Source of the DNA: Octopus sinensis
Taxonomy: Eukaryota
NCBI RefSeq assembly: GCF_006345805.1
Contig: NC_043002.1
Coordinates: 83,948,001 to 84,012,000 of the forward strand
Direction of reading: 5' to 3'
Length of the DNA stretch: 64,000 nucleotides
Part shown: piece after piece, positions 12,747 to 26,200 of the stretch
Layout of the letters: each line of letters begins with the position of its first letter
Position numbering within the stretch: position 1 is the stretch's first letter
Notes under the pieces: generated by a model
What the model saw: only the letters and a program-made list of their open reading frames with translations
What the model was told of the DNA's origin: nothing
The model's database searches: none
Made by a program: the position numbers and the translations under genes

Positions 12747-15700
12747 ATGATGATATATATATATATATGATGATGATGATGATATCATCATCATCATCAT
12801 CGTTTAACGTCCGTTTTCCATGCTAGCATGGGTTGGACGGTTCGACCGGGGTCTGGGAAGCCGGGGGCTGCACCAGGCTTCAGTCTGATCTGGCAGAGTT
12901 TCTACAGCTGGATGTCCTTCCTAACGCCAACCACTCCGCGAGTGTAGTGGGTGCTTTTTACGTGCCACCTGCACAGGTGCCAGGGGGGGTCCGGCTGCGG
13001 CCACGATCGGTTGGTGCTTTTAACGTGCCACCGGCATGGAAGCCAGCCAAGGTGGCGCTGGCATCGGCCACGTTCGGATGATGCTTTTTATGTGCCACCG
13101 GCACTGGAGCCAATCAAGGCAGTGCTGGCATCGGCTACGTTCGGATGGTACCGACAGAGATGAAAGAGGGTACCGATAGAGATCAAAGAGGCTGCCGACG
13201 GAGATCAATAAGGGTGCCGACAGAGATCAAAGAGGGTACCGACAGAGATCAAAGAGGGTGCCGACAGAGATCAAAGAGGGTGCCGACAGAGATCAAAGAG
13301 GGTGCCGACTGAGATCAAAGAGGGTACCGACAGAGATCAAAGAGGGTGCCGACAGAGGTTAAAGAAGGTGCAGACAGAGATCAAAGGGAGTGCCGACAGA
13401 GATCAAAGAGGGTGCCGACAGAGATCAAAGAGGGTGCCGACAGAGATCAAAGAGGGTGCAGACAGAGATCAAAGAGGGTGCCGACTGAGATCAAAGAGGG
13501 TGCCGACAGAGATCAAAGGGGGTGCCGACAGGGATCAAAGAGGGTGCCGACAGAGATCAAAGAGGGTGCCGACAGAGATCAAAGAGGGTGCCGACAGAGA
13601 TCAAAGAGGGCGCCGACGGAGATCAAAGGGGGTACCGACGGAGATCAAAGAGGGTGCCGACAGAGATCAAAGATGGTGCCGACAGATCAAAGAGGGTGCC
13701 GACAGAGATCAAAGAGTGTACCGACAGAGATCAAAGAGTGTGCCGAGAGAGATCAAAGAGGGTGCCGACAGAGATTAAAGAGGGTGCAGACAGAGATCAA
13801 AGAGGATGCCGACATAGATAAAAGAGGGTGCCGACAGAGATCAAAGAGGCTGCCGACGGAGATCAATAAGGGTGCCGACAGAGATCAAAGAGGGTACCGA
13901 CAGAGATCAAAGAGGGTGCCGACAGAGATCAAAGAGGGTGCCGACAGAGATCAAAGAGGGTGCCGACTGAGATCAAAGAGGGTACCGACAGAGATCAAAG
14001 AGGGTGCCGACAGAGGTTAAAGAAGGTGCAGACAGATCAAAGGGAGTACCGACAGAGATCAAAGAGGGTGCCGACATAGATCAAAGAGGGTGCCGACAGA
14101 TCAAAGAGGGTGCCGACAGAGATCAAAGAGTGTACCGACAGAGATCAAAGAGGGTGCCGACAGAGATCAAAGGGGGTGCCGACAGGGATCAAAGAGGGTG
14201 CCGACAGAGATCAAAGAGGGTGCCGACAGAGATCAAAGAGGGTGCCGACAGAGATCAAAGAGAGTGCCGATAGAGATCAAAGGGGGTACTGACGGAGATC
14301 AAAGAGGGTGCCGACGGAGATCAATAATAGTGCCGACAGAGATCAAAGAGAGTGCCGACAGAGATTAAAGAGGGTGCAGACAGAGATCAAAGAGGGTGCC
14401 GACTGAGATCAAAGAGGGTACCGACAGATCAAAGGGGGTACCGACGGAGATCAAAGAGGGTGCCGACAGAGATGAAAGATGGTGCCGACAGAGATGAAAG
14501 AGGGTGCCGACAGAGATCAAAGAGGGTGCCGACAGAGATCAAAGAGTGTACCGACATAGATCAAAGAGGGTGCCGACAGAGATCAAAATCGAAGGGCGTG
14601 AAGCCGCCGCACGCCTAGGACCCGCGCGCGGCGGCTGCTACGATGGCCCGTACGCGTCGGTCTCAGTCTAATATTTGCGCTGCGACCAATGCGGAAGGCC
14701 GACCATATCGTCATGACTGGAAGGGACAGGCGCAGATGCGCCACCCCCAAACCGGCCGAGCGGACGCCGGCGGCGAACGACGACGACGCCGCGAAGATGT
14801 CAATGTGCAGTTTTGTGTCTTTGAAATAAAATAGTTACTGTAGTTTTTTAATGCTCTTGGGAAATGGTTTCCGGTCAATATGTGAAGGTGTAAAGACAAA
14901 TAAATGGTATGGCAGTATAAGTGATTTGATTGATTAAGTGAGAAGGTGAGTGAGTCTGTGAGAGTGAAAGAAAGAGTTGAGAGAGATAAAGGACAGAATG
15001 AAGGAATTTTAATGTGTGTGTGTGATGGAAGGAAGTGGAAGAGGGAGTGTGTGTGTGTGAAGAAGCAAAACATAAAAGAAAAAGACAATGGAAGGAGATA
15101 TGAATGAAGAAAACAAATGGATGATTGTGTAAGAAGAAAATGAAAGAGGAAAAAAGAGGGAGAGTACAGAATGCATTTGTGTGTGAAGTAGATAGAAGGA
15201 GAAACGAAGGAATAGAGAAAGGTATAAGAAGAAAGAGGGAGAGGATATAAGGGGGAGAAAAACCAGAAAAATAGGGAACAAATATAAAAAGAGAGTTCGA
15301 GAAAATAGTAAGAGAAAGGAGGAGGAAAGGAAAACAAAGAGAGGGGAGGAGAAGAAAGAAATAATTAATTTAAGAAAAGAAAGGCATAATTATTTCAGAT
15401 AGTAGGAATGAGAGAAAAGAAAAAAGTAAGAGAGGAGACAGAAAGGGGAACCAAAGGGAAGGTGAAAAAAAAAAAAAAAAAAAAGGATGAGAGCGTGAGT
15501 GAGAAAGAGGATGAAGAAGAAAGAGAGAAAAAAAAGTAGTGTAAAATGAAGATAAGTAAGTCAAAGAAACTAATTTACTTGCGATATTGTTTAATAATTC
15601 CAATAGGTGTATGAGGGGAAAATATGTTGCAATAGCTTGTCCCTTTATATTCTGAGCTTAAATTGCACCTAGGTTGACTTTATCATTTAGTATTCCTGTG

Positions 15701-18435
15701 CAGAAGTACCTGCTAAGTGCACCAAACAAACCGACTTGTCAATTAAGTCCTTCTGTGGAAACCTCAGGGGCAACAGCACAAGGGATATCTAAAGATTAAA
15801 TAGTACAAGATCGACAGGGACCATTAGCTGATAAACCTAGGATGGAAAGATGCTGTGAGGGCAGCTGGTGACTGATTGTGCTGGAATACTTTGACTTCCT
15901 CAGGCATCAGCTGATGCAAGAAAACCTAAGTTTAAGTATGTACCAGGTTGATTTAATAGAATATCCGAGGGGGTGCTGAAAAGTTCCTGGCTTTACAGAT
16001 ATCACGAAAGGCCTGGTGGAAACCCAACCTCTCAAGTTCTTTTACAGGGCTTAGAAAAACTGAAGGACCACTGCAATAAGTGTGTGAATATGAGAAGAGA
16101 ATAAAATCATAATTAACTGATCCTCGTGGATTTTCTTTTACCCAAAGCACTGTACTTCACCCCACAAAAATGTGACTATGTTTATGTAGAAAATATTATC
16201 CATGACAGAGAATAAAAATTATCACAAATTCAAGGACACATTGAATTAACTAAACTAAACCTGAACTTTAAATAAAACCTTTTGGAAGATGGTCACATAG
16301 ATTGCCAAATGATAAAGCATTATATACTTCCTCTTTTTTTTTTTTTTTGGTTTTCCCTATAATTCCAAGTTATGTTTGGAGCTATGAACATTCACAGGTA
16401 AAATTGTTAAAGGAAGTGTGTTTTTCCAGTTTGATAAATGTGTTTATCATAGTTACATAATTAAAATTATCAAACAACATGAGGGATGGGTTTCTGCAAA
16501 GCCTATCGACTTGATAGAAATGGCCAAATCTCACTCAAATTCCTCACCATACCATTTAAAAGGTGAAAGACACTATGAATCATATAGTTCAAGATAGACT
16601 ATGTCTAAAATAGAAGAAAAAGACAGAATGGTTACTGTTGGAATGTTTTAGATTATGTAGAGGACTGCATGCACAAATATGATAAGAAATAAAAAAAAAA
16701 GGTAACAACAATTAGGATTGTTCCTGCACCCACTGATACACGTTTTAGCCAAGAAAAATGAAAGGAAGTTTAATATTCTTCAATCTTTACAAAATCAATT
16801 AACTTAACCAGAGAACGTTAGATTAAAAAAAAAATTAGCTCGAAATACATTTTGTAAAATTGTGAGATACACAAAAGAGAATACTCTTCACAGAATTTAG
16901 TAAAGTTCAGTGATCTCTCACACACACACACACACACACAGAAGTGTATTACCTGTCAAAAATGATGCAGTTTACTTCTGCCTCCTTTCAGTAATTTCTA
17001 ATGCTTTTGTTTCAAGCTTTGCTCCCATTTTCTTCTTATGTTTCATTTTATCTTCTTTTAGTCATTCTTTTTAACTTCATTCATTCTCCTAATTTTCAAA
17101 CTTATATGATTACATCTCTATCTAAATATATCTGTATTTTCTAAATTTTTTTCACTCAATCAAAATCTGCCTCAACACCTTTTCTCCCCAACCCTTCCAT
17201 ACCATACAGGAATTCCTTTTTCTATCTCTATTGTTCTTTCTATATCCTAGTTATTTTATCCCATTACTTCTCTAATTCCCCATCAGTACTGTAGAGCTTT
17301 ATCTTTCTTCACTTCTTTCTACTTCTCTCACCCTTTCTTCTACTCCTCCTCTATTTTATGTCTGCTACTCTGAATATTGTATGACTGCTGACAAATTTTC
17401 TATTACTTTTCATCCCACGCTGTCAATCCCACTTTTATATTAAATCTTTCTTCATATTACTTTTCATTTCTCTCTCTCTCTCTTCACATCATTCAGCACA
17501 GTTACTACTTTCTCCTATCAGCATGTAAAGGAGAGACAAATGACCCAACAAGAAAATGGATATATCACGTTGCATTATATGTATAAAGATACCACTAGCA
17601 TATTGATGGATGGTATTCTTCTGTCATTACTCGTGCCAATGTTCCTCCAAATGAGCAAGACAGCTTTCGAAAACATCACTTACCAGTTCCATATATATAT
17701 TTGCATACATATATATATATAATATATATATATATATGCATATATGTATGCATATATGTATGCATGCATACACACACATATATATATATATACATATATA
17801 GACATATATATATATAAATATACATATATATATATATATATACATATATACATATATATTTAATCCCAACATAAAAACACAAAGAGAAAACACAACAATG
17901 CGAGGACGTAGAACAAATATAGTATTATTAGATGCTCAGGAAGGAAGGGAAGAAGGAGGGTTTTACAATTCGAGCTGAGCTCTTCATCAGAAACATAGGA
18001 AAAGGAAAGATCCAGAGAAGGGAAAACAGAGGAAAAAAAAATCGCTAACAGTACACACACGGTCACATTTTGTATATATATATATATATATATATCATCA
18101 TCATCATCATCATCATCATCGTTTAACGTCTGTTCTCCATGCTAGCATGGGTTGGACGGTTCGACCGGGGATCTGGGAAGCCAGAAGGCTGCACCAGGCT
18201 CCAGTCTTATCTGGCAGTGTTTCTACAGCTGGATGCCCTTCCTAACGCCAACCACTCCGTGGTATACATATATATAAATATACACATGTATATACATATA
18301 TGTATACATATATATAGATATATATACATACATATATATACATATATATAGATACATAAATATACATATATATAGATAGATAGATAGATAGATATATACA
18401 TACATATATATACATATATATATAGCTACATAACT

Positions 18436-18495
<60 letters not shown>

Positions 18496-18712
18496 TATAT
18501 ATATAAACTGGGTTCTGTGCTGGTGGCACATAAAAAGCACCCACTACAATCACGGAGTGGTTGGCGTTAGGAAGGGCATCCAGCTCTAGAAACACTGCCG
18601 GATCAGACTGGAGCCTGGTGCAGTCTCCTGGCTTCCCAGACCCCAGTCGGACTGTCCAACCCATGTTAGCACGGAAAACAGACGTTAAACAATGATGATG
18701 ATGATATGTATG

Positions 18713-18779
<67 letters not shown>

Positions 18780-21493
18780 CAATGTATACATATAGATATA
18801 TGTACATATTAATCTATATAAGTTAACGTAATATAATCTCTAAAAGTTGATGGACCACCTATTGATCCCTTCCATTTTCTTATTGCTCTGCATTTAAATA
18901 TATACACGCGTGCACACACACACACACACACATGCATACACACATACATTCTCTCTTGAAGGAATTTGTTGTGGTTAGACCTAGGGATGGTCGAATCTAA
19001 AAATGTCCAGTGACTCCATTAGGAATTGGGAGCCCAAGTTAACACTTCAGCAGGTGTAATTTAGCACACAACATTTTTGTGAAGGAATTTGCTTTGCATT
19101 TACATAGAGTTTGGTTCTTAGCATGTAAAGTGTTTTTTACCATAGCTTCAGATCAAACAAAGCTTTGAGAGTGAAATTTAATTGGCAGAAAATTTGAGTG
19201 GAAATCTGAGTGTGAGACCATTTTCATGTTCTTGCATAACAGATTCAGTCTGTTGCTTGGTTCAACACCATCATCTAGCCCTTAGAAACCTTTAGCAAAA
19301 TTCCCTCTGTTGCAAGCATCCAGGTCAGTTCACTGATTTAAGGATAGCAATTTCTCTTCCTGCCATAAGTCACAGAGGCCCTGAAGAAGTCCATGAGCAC
19401 TATTCTTCCCCTGATTAAACAATGAAAAATTTTAAACATGATTACAATGGAAAAAGAGAGTCACAAAAATACACTTTGATGTATTCTAAACATATTACTG
19501 AATTCATTGCCAATTATATATCTACTTTACGGAGATGTACTCGATCTGAGATCGTGTGCTGGAACGAAAACTATTGCAGCGTGGAAGGTGTTTGTAAGCC
19601 ATTTAAGAAACACACAAAAGCCGTTCGATTCACTTCAACATTTAAGTTTAATTTGTCAAAATATTTTCGTCGCTTTAAGACCATGACCTGTTCACTGCAG
19701 CACGGATTTTTGTCAGTGAACAGGTTGCGGATTTTAGTGACGAAAATATTTTGACAAATTAAACTTAAATGTTGAAGTGAATCGAACGGCTTTTGTGTGT
19801 TTCTTAAATGGCTTACAAACACCTTCCACGCTGCAATTGTATATATCTACTTTTATCTCTCTAATATGTTGTCTCCATAGCCTTCCCGTTACTCCTTAGT
19901 TATATGTATCTTCCTCACCAACCATTAGCCAGTAAATAATAGATATTTGTGGGAAGCTATTTTTTTAGGTCAACATAAATGAGGTAGAGCTGTTTGTTTA
20001 TTGTCATGTGCTATCTGTTATGCTTTATTCATTTTGTATCCTTCTAATAGGTTGCCAATTGACTATGTAAACTAGTTTATGAGAGGTTATAAGGTCAGCA
20101 TGGTATGAGATTCCCACATTATAATAGAGATTTTATTGTTTCACTTTTGACATGTAATACTGAAATAGTGTAAGAGATAAGAGATTGCTCCTGGCTTGCA
20201 TTAGGCAAGAAGTTGAAAATTTTTTTGGCCCATGAAACTGCATGTACCCTAACTAAGGTATGTGTAAAATTTGAATGAAATTGGTTGGGTAGTTCTCGAG
20301 TTTTAGGGATTCACACAGAGAGACAGACACACATTCTCAGTTTCATATATTAAGAAGATTGTATGAATCAGACAGAATTTATTGGGTCACATTTCTTCTG
20401 CTGCTGGGTGCTCTTCCTTATTGCCTGTGTCCAAGCAAGGTGATTTTCCTACACATGCACATACATGCATGCAGACACATGCATACACATGTGCGCACAT
20501 GCACACACACAAAATAATGGGCCTCATTCAGTTTCTGTCTATCAAATCCACTCACATGGTTTTGGTCAGCCCAAAGATATAGAACGTACTTACCCAATGT
20601 GCCACACAGTGGGACTGAACCAAAGACCACATGCTTGGGAAGCAAGCATCTTAATTATAGAACTATGTCTGCACCTAGCTATACATTAATAAGATGGTGA
20701 TGATGATATGATATAATTTAATAATAATAATAATAATAATATTAATAATAATAAGTTGTGGGGGAGCATCATAGCCACGTGTTGAGAGGGATTCTTTGGG
20801 GTTTGAATAATTTACCTCTGGAAACATGGGTGTTTCATTCAACATCTTAAACAACCCTTATTCAGGGACCTTTTGAGCAGGATGAGTTACTCAACCAGAA
20901 GAAAATTCTAACTGGGCCCCACCTGCAAGTTCATATGCTGTTTGTCTTGATATGAGATCACCATGTCGTGCACATATGGTTGTGATGCATGTGCCTAGTG
21001 TACCCTTATCAGATGGGTAGTCATGATGGGTATACTGGGCTTCATATATTCATACCCCAGTGTCACTTTGATGGCATGCACTGCTCTCTCACTCAATAAT
21101 AATAATAATAATAAACTGCATACAAAAAAAAACAGAGCACAAGAATCTTTGCTGGAGAAGCAAATTTTAATTTTTATATGTATTATTTTCCAGTGGTCCC
21201 GAGAAATTGGTAAAAGGACCATTCCCCGTGTACGTGTACCTGTACATGCTTGTGAACATTTCTACATTGTTACTAAACCATTTGGTAATATTGATCCTAT
21301 GATGCCAGGTATGTACCAATCACTTGTAACTGTGCTTGTTATTCTGAAACTATTCAGGCAGAGTATTTCTATAATTACATCTTTATATGTGTACCACAGG
21401 CTTCTTTCAGCTTCCATCTATACTCACCAGGCTTTGATTGGCCCAGGGCTACAGCAGAAGACACTGCCAAAATGTGTAGAAGCTCAATGTATA

Positions 21494-21524
<31 letters not shown>

Positions 21525-23202
21525 ACAGAGATTTTGAAATTTCAGCCTGTTAAGCCCCATCAGAATACAGTCTGACAATGAAACTTCGAAGTCACTATTA
21601 ACAATATTACTGTTTCAAAATACACACATACACACGTGTGTGTGTATTATACTTCGAGCTTCTACTCATCTTCTGTCTTACAAATTTCTCTCAATTGTGG
21701 TCAACCCAAGGCTGTTGTGGAAGACACTTAGTGCTGTGCAATGAGATCAAACCCACAATTATGTGATTCTGCAGTAAACTTTTTAACCATACAGCTACTG
21801 GCATGTACTCATTGCAATTTTTTTTATATTTCCATAACATAAGGCAGTGAGCTAGCAGATTTGTTAGCACACTGGGTAAAATGCTTTGTGGCATTTCATC
21901 CATCATTACATTCTGAGTTCAAATTCCACCGAGGTCAACTTTGACTTTCATCTTTCCAGGGTCACTGAAATAAGTACCAGTTGAACACTGAGATCAGCAT
22001 AATCAACCGATCCCTGCCCCTGAAATTGCTGGCCTTATGCCAAAATTTGATACCAATATTTCCATACCATACATCTAATGAGTAAATTACTTGCAAATCA
22101 TAAAAGTAAATCGTAATCCTTAAGGTTTTATTATAACACCTTTATTTTTACACCGGGTGTAGCCCTGATAGTCAGCCATCATAGGGCAGATGATCCTTTC
22201 TAGATTAAGCTAAATTAAGGCAGGTTTGGAAGTTAGAATTTTAAACCAAAGAATAAAGGTATTCAGAATAAACATATTTAATACTAGCAGTATAGCCCAG
22301 CGTTGCTCAGGTTTGTTTTCATTTCAACCCTTTAGAATTGGAATTTTTGAAAAGTAAAAATTTTGCATTATGTAGCTTGTTATTCTCTTTAAGTGAACAT
22401 TTTTCTGCTTGAAATACACCGAAAAATGGCGACACAGCATAGAAAAAAAGCACCTTCTTGATGTAAATAATTTTTGGTGTTAACAGGTCTGATTTGAATT
22501 TTATCTTCTATGGAAGGAAGAGCAAGCCTTCTTCTATCATACTCTCAATTTTGGTCAACTTGTGCCGCAGGGTCTTGGAGGAGATAGTGTTAGTTGAAGC
22601 CTACCAAACCTGCCACACACACACAGACAACTTCAGTTTTATATATATGGATTTCGTTTTTCTTCACATTATAAAGATCTAGAAATTTCCAGTCTTTGGT
22701 AGCTATGTATAGTACCATTTCAACCTTCCTTTATTTTTTAATTTTCTTTCGAATTCTTTGTAGTTGTAAGAGATTATGATGGCCAAGTATACATACGTGA
22801 ATGGAGTGGAGGAGTTCTGGCTGGAGGATTTGAACCTCAAGCCAAACCAGTCTTTCATCATGGTGTTCCTGAAAATTTTGAATACCAACTTCTTCCTGAA
22901 GACTGGGATCATTTCCGTAAGATAACTTCCTTTTTTTTTTCTTTTTTTTTAATTCTCACATAAATTGATGGTGTAATTGTAATAATAATAATAATAAAAT
23001 ATTCAGACAAATACATAATAAAAACACCAGGACTCACAAATATATATAACATACAGAAAATTGCACTACTTGGCACTGCACACATCTTATGCAAAACATT
23101 TTCAATACAGTAACCATAAGAGCATCAAACCAAACTACAGCACTTACCCAAGGCACACAGAGCTGCGCTCGGTAGTGAAAGCACGTTATAAAAATCAAAC
23201 TA

Positions 23203-23247
<45 letters not shown>

Positions 23248-26200
23248 TCTATTAATTATTCCATTTTTTAAATGAAAATATTCATATATTGCAATTTTTT
23301 TTTTTTTTTTTCCCCAACATCTCAGAAGTTCTTTTGGAGCCCATTCTCCACCGATTTCCTGGTGTTGGAGAAGCTCAGGTCCGACAACTTTTAAATGGTC
23401 CAGAATCATTCACACCTGATGGAACGTATATTGTAGGAGAATCTCCTGAGGTGAGCTGTTCACACATGTGTGTGTTTTGTGCGTGTGTTTAGTGTGTGTG
23501 TGCTTAGTGCATGTGTTTAGTGAGTGTGTAGTAATATTTCCTATTGGACAGACATGTCTTTCATGACAGGCTGGAAGCAAACAGCATCATTTGTATGATA
23601 CTGATGCTCATTTACAACAATCATGTGTTATCAAGACATGATCACACACACACCACAAAATTCTACTGCAAATTGCCATGCACTAGAACTGAACCTGAAA
23701 CCATGTGGTTGGTAAGTAAAATTCTTAACCCCACATCTACTGCTACTCCTTCCTCAGTGGAAAGGATCTTGTTTTGCAAGTTAGTTGGTGACCTCACTGC
23801 TGCTGGTGCCATGTAAAAAAAGCAACCAGTACACTTTGTAAAGTGGTTGAGTGTTAGGAAGGACATTCAGCTATAGAGAGCATACTAAAACAGACAGTAG
23901 AGTGAGGCACAGTCTCCTGACCTGCCAGCTCCTGTCAAACCATCCAACCCATGCCAGCATGAAAGGAAAACGTTAAATGATAATTCTTATGATGATGATG
24001 ATGAACATGAACATATTCTATGAACTAAAAGTACTTGTGTCTTTACCATTTCAGGTGGATAATTACTTTGTAGCTGCTGGCATGAATTCTTCTGGAATTG
24101 CTGGCTCAGGAGGTGTTGGTAAGGAGGTTGCTGACTGGATTGTAGATGGTACCACCAGTAAGAATCTATGGTCTGTTGATGTGAGCCGATTTGTTGACTT
24201 ACACAATAACAGAAGGTTCCTGCGGGACAGAGTAAAAGAAGCAGTTGGTTAGTAGTTTATTATTATTATAATAATGATAATAATAATAATGATAATTCTT
24301 TCTACTATAGGGACAAGGCCTGATATTTGGCGGGGGGGGGGGGCTAGTCGATTACATAAACTCCAGTGTTTCACTGATATTTAATTTATCAACCCCAAAA
24401 GAGTGAAAGGCAAAGTTAACCTCAGCTGAATTTGAACTCAGAATGTAGAAATGGGCAAGATACTACTAAACACGTTGCCTGGCATGCTAATGATTCTTAT
24501 TTCTTTATTGCCCACAAGGGGAAAAACATAGAAGGGACAAACAAGGACAGACAAAGGGATTAAGTCAATTATATCGACCCCAATGCGTAACTGGTACTTA
24601 TTTGATCGACCCCGAAAGGATGAAAGGCAGAGTCGACCTCGGCGGAATTTGAACTCAGAACGTAGCAGCAGACGAAATACTGCTAAGCATTTCGCCCGGC
24701 GTGCAAACGATTCTGCCAGCTCACCACCTTCAATGACTTCAAATTCTGGCACAAGGCCAGCAATTTCAAAGGAGGGGTAAGTCAATTACATCGACGCCAG
24801 TATTCAACTGCTACCTATTTTATTGACCCTGAAAGGATGAAAGGCAAAGTCAACCTCGACGGAATTTGAACTCAGAACATAAGGACAGACAAAATGCCGC
24901 TAAGCATTTTGCAGGGTGTTCTAACAATTCTGCCAGCTCGCTGCCTTAATAATAATAATAATAATAATATAATAATAATAATAATAATAATCCTTTCTTC
25001 TATAGGCGCAAGGCCTGAAATTTGATAGGACTACATTGACCCCAGTGTTTTACTGGTACTTAATTTATTGACTCTACTTTGAGGCATAGTTTTGGAACCA
25101 GATGCACTTTTTGTTTCTAATCCTTATTTACCAAATTAGAGATATCTTATTCCACACATTTTCAAAAGCCAGCAGACAACCCATCAATAAGAGAAATGAC
25201 AGTAACATTACTCCCCATAGCTAGGCAATGTTTGGAGAATATAAACACACACATCAATGCACACTTTTAAACACACACACATGCATACACACCTACAAAT
25301 ACACATACTCTTTACTCTTTTACTTGTTTCAGTCATTTTGACTGTGGCCATGCTGGAGCACCGCCTTTAGTTGAGCAAATCGACCCCGGGACTTATTCTT
25401 TGTAAGCCCAGTACTTATTCTATCAGTCTCTTTTGCCGAACCGCTAAGTGACGGGGATGTAAACACACCAGCATCGGTTGTCAAGCAATGCTAGGGGGAC
25501 AAACACACACACACACACTCATATATATATATACATATATATGACAGGCTTCTTTCAGTTTCCGTCTACCAAATCCACTCACAAGGCATTGGTCGGCCTG
25601 GGGCTATAGCAGAAGACACTTGCCCAAGATGCCACGCAGTGGGACTGAACCCGGAATCATGTGGTTGGTTAGCATGCTACTTACCACACAGCCAAGCCAC
25701 TCATACACACACACATGTACATAATAACAGACGACTGGAGTTTAAATTTTGTGACAATTATTTCAGTAGGAATTTTTATTTAATGTAATCATAATACAAT
25801 GTCTTGGACTACATCATACAGTATGTGAATCCCCAGTCTCATCAGACATTATTTAAACATGGTCAACCCATGACTGGCCAACTAGTTTCAGCAAGTGAAG
25901 TTATCAATATATAGCTCTAGCAAGTGGGTGTGTTCAAGAGCTGACAAGCAGCTATGGTACAAAGCTAAGAGGGGAAGAAGATATAATTTATGGTCTTATA
26001 CCTTAAGCTAACAGAAAGTTGGTTCATCTGATTTATTAACCCTTTCGTTACCAACCCGGCTGAAACCGGCTCTGGCTCTGAGTACAAATGTCTTGTTTTC
26101 ATAAGTTCTGAATTAAAATCTTCCACCAAACCTTAGTCACAATTTATGTTCCTAACACTAGCTGAATGATAACGAAGTTATTTTACTTAATTCTTTGTTA

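Noticed and set aside
13146-14618. CRISPR-like array or repetitive protein ([22 protein letters not shown])n
   Set aside because: There are no unique spacers or cas genes. All three frames give the same peptide because the unit is 22 bp.
14711-15603. F/S/L-rich minus-strand ORFs resembling membrane proteins
   Set aside because: They are the reverse translation of a low-complexity GA-rich tract.
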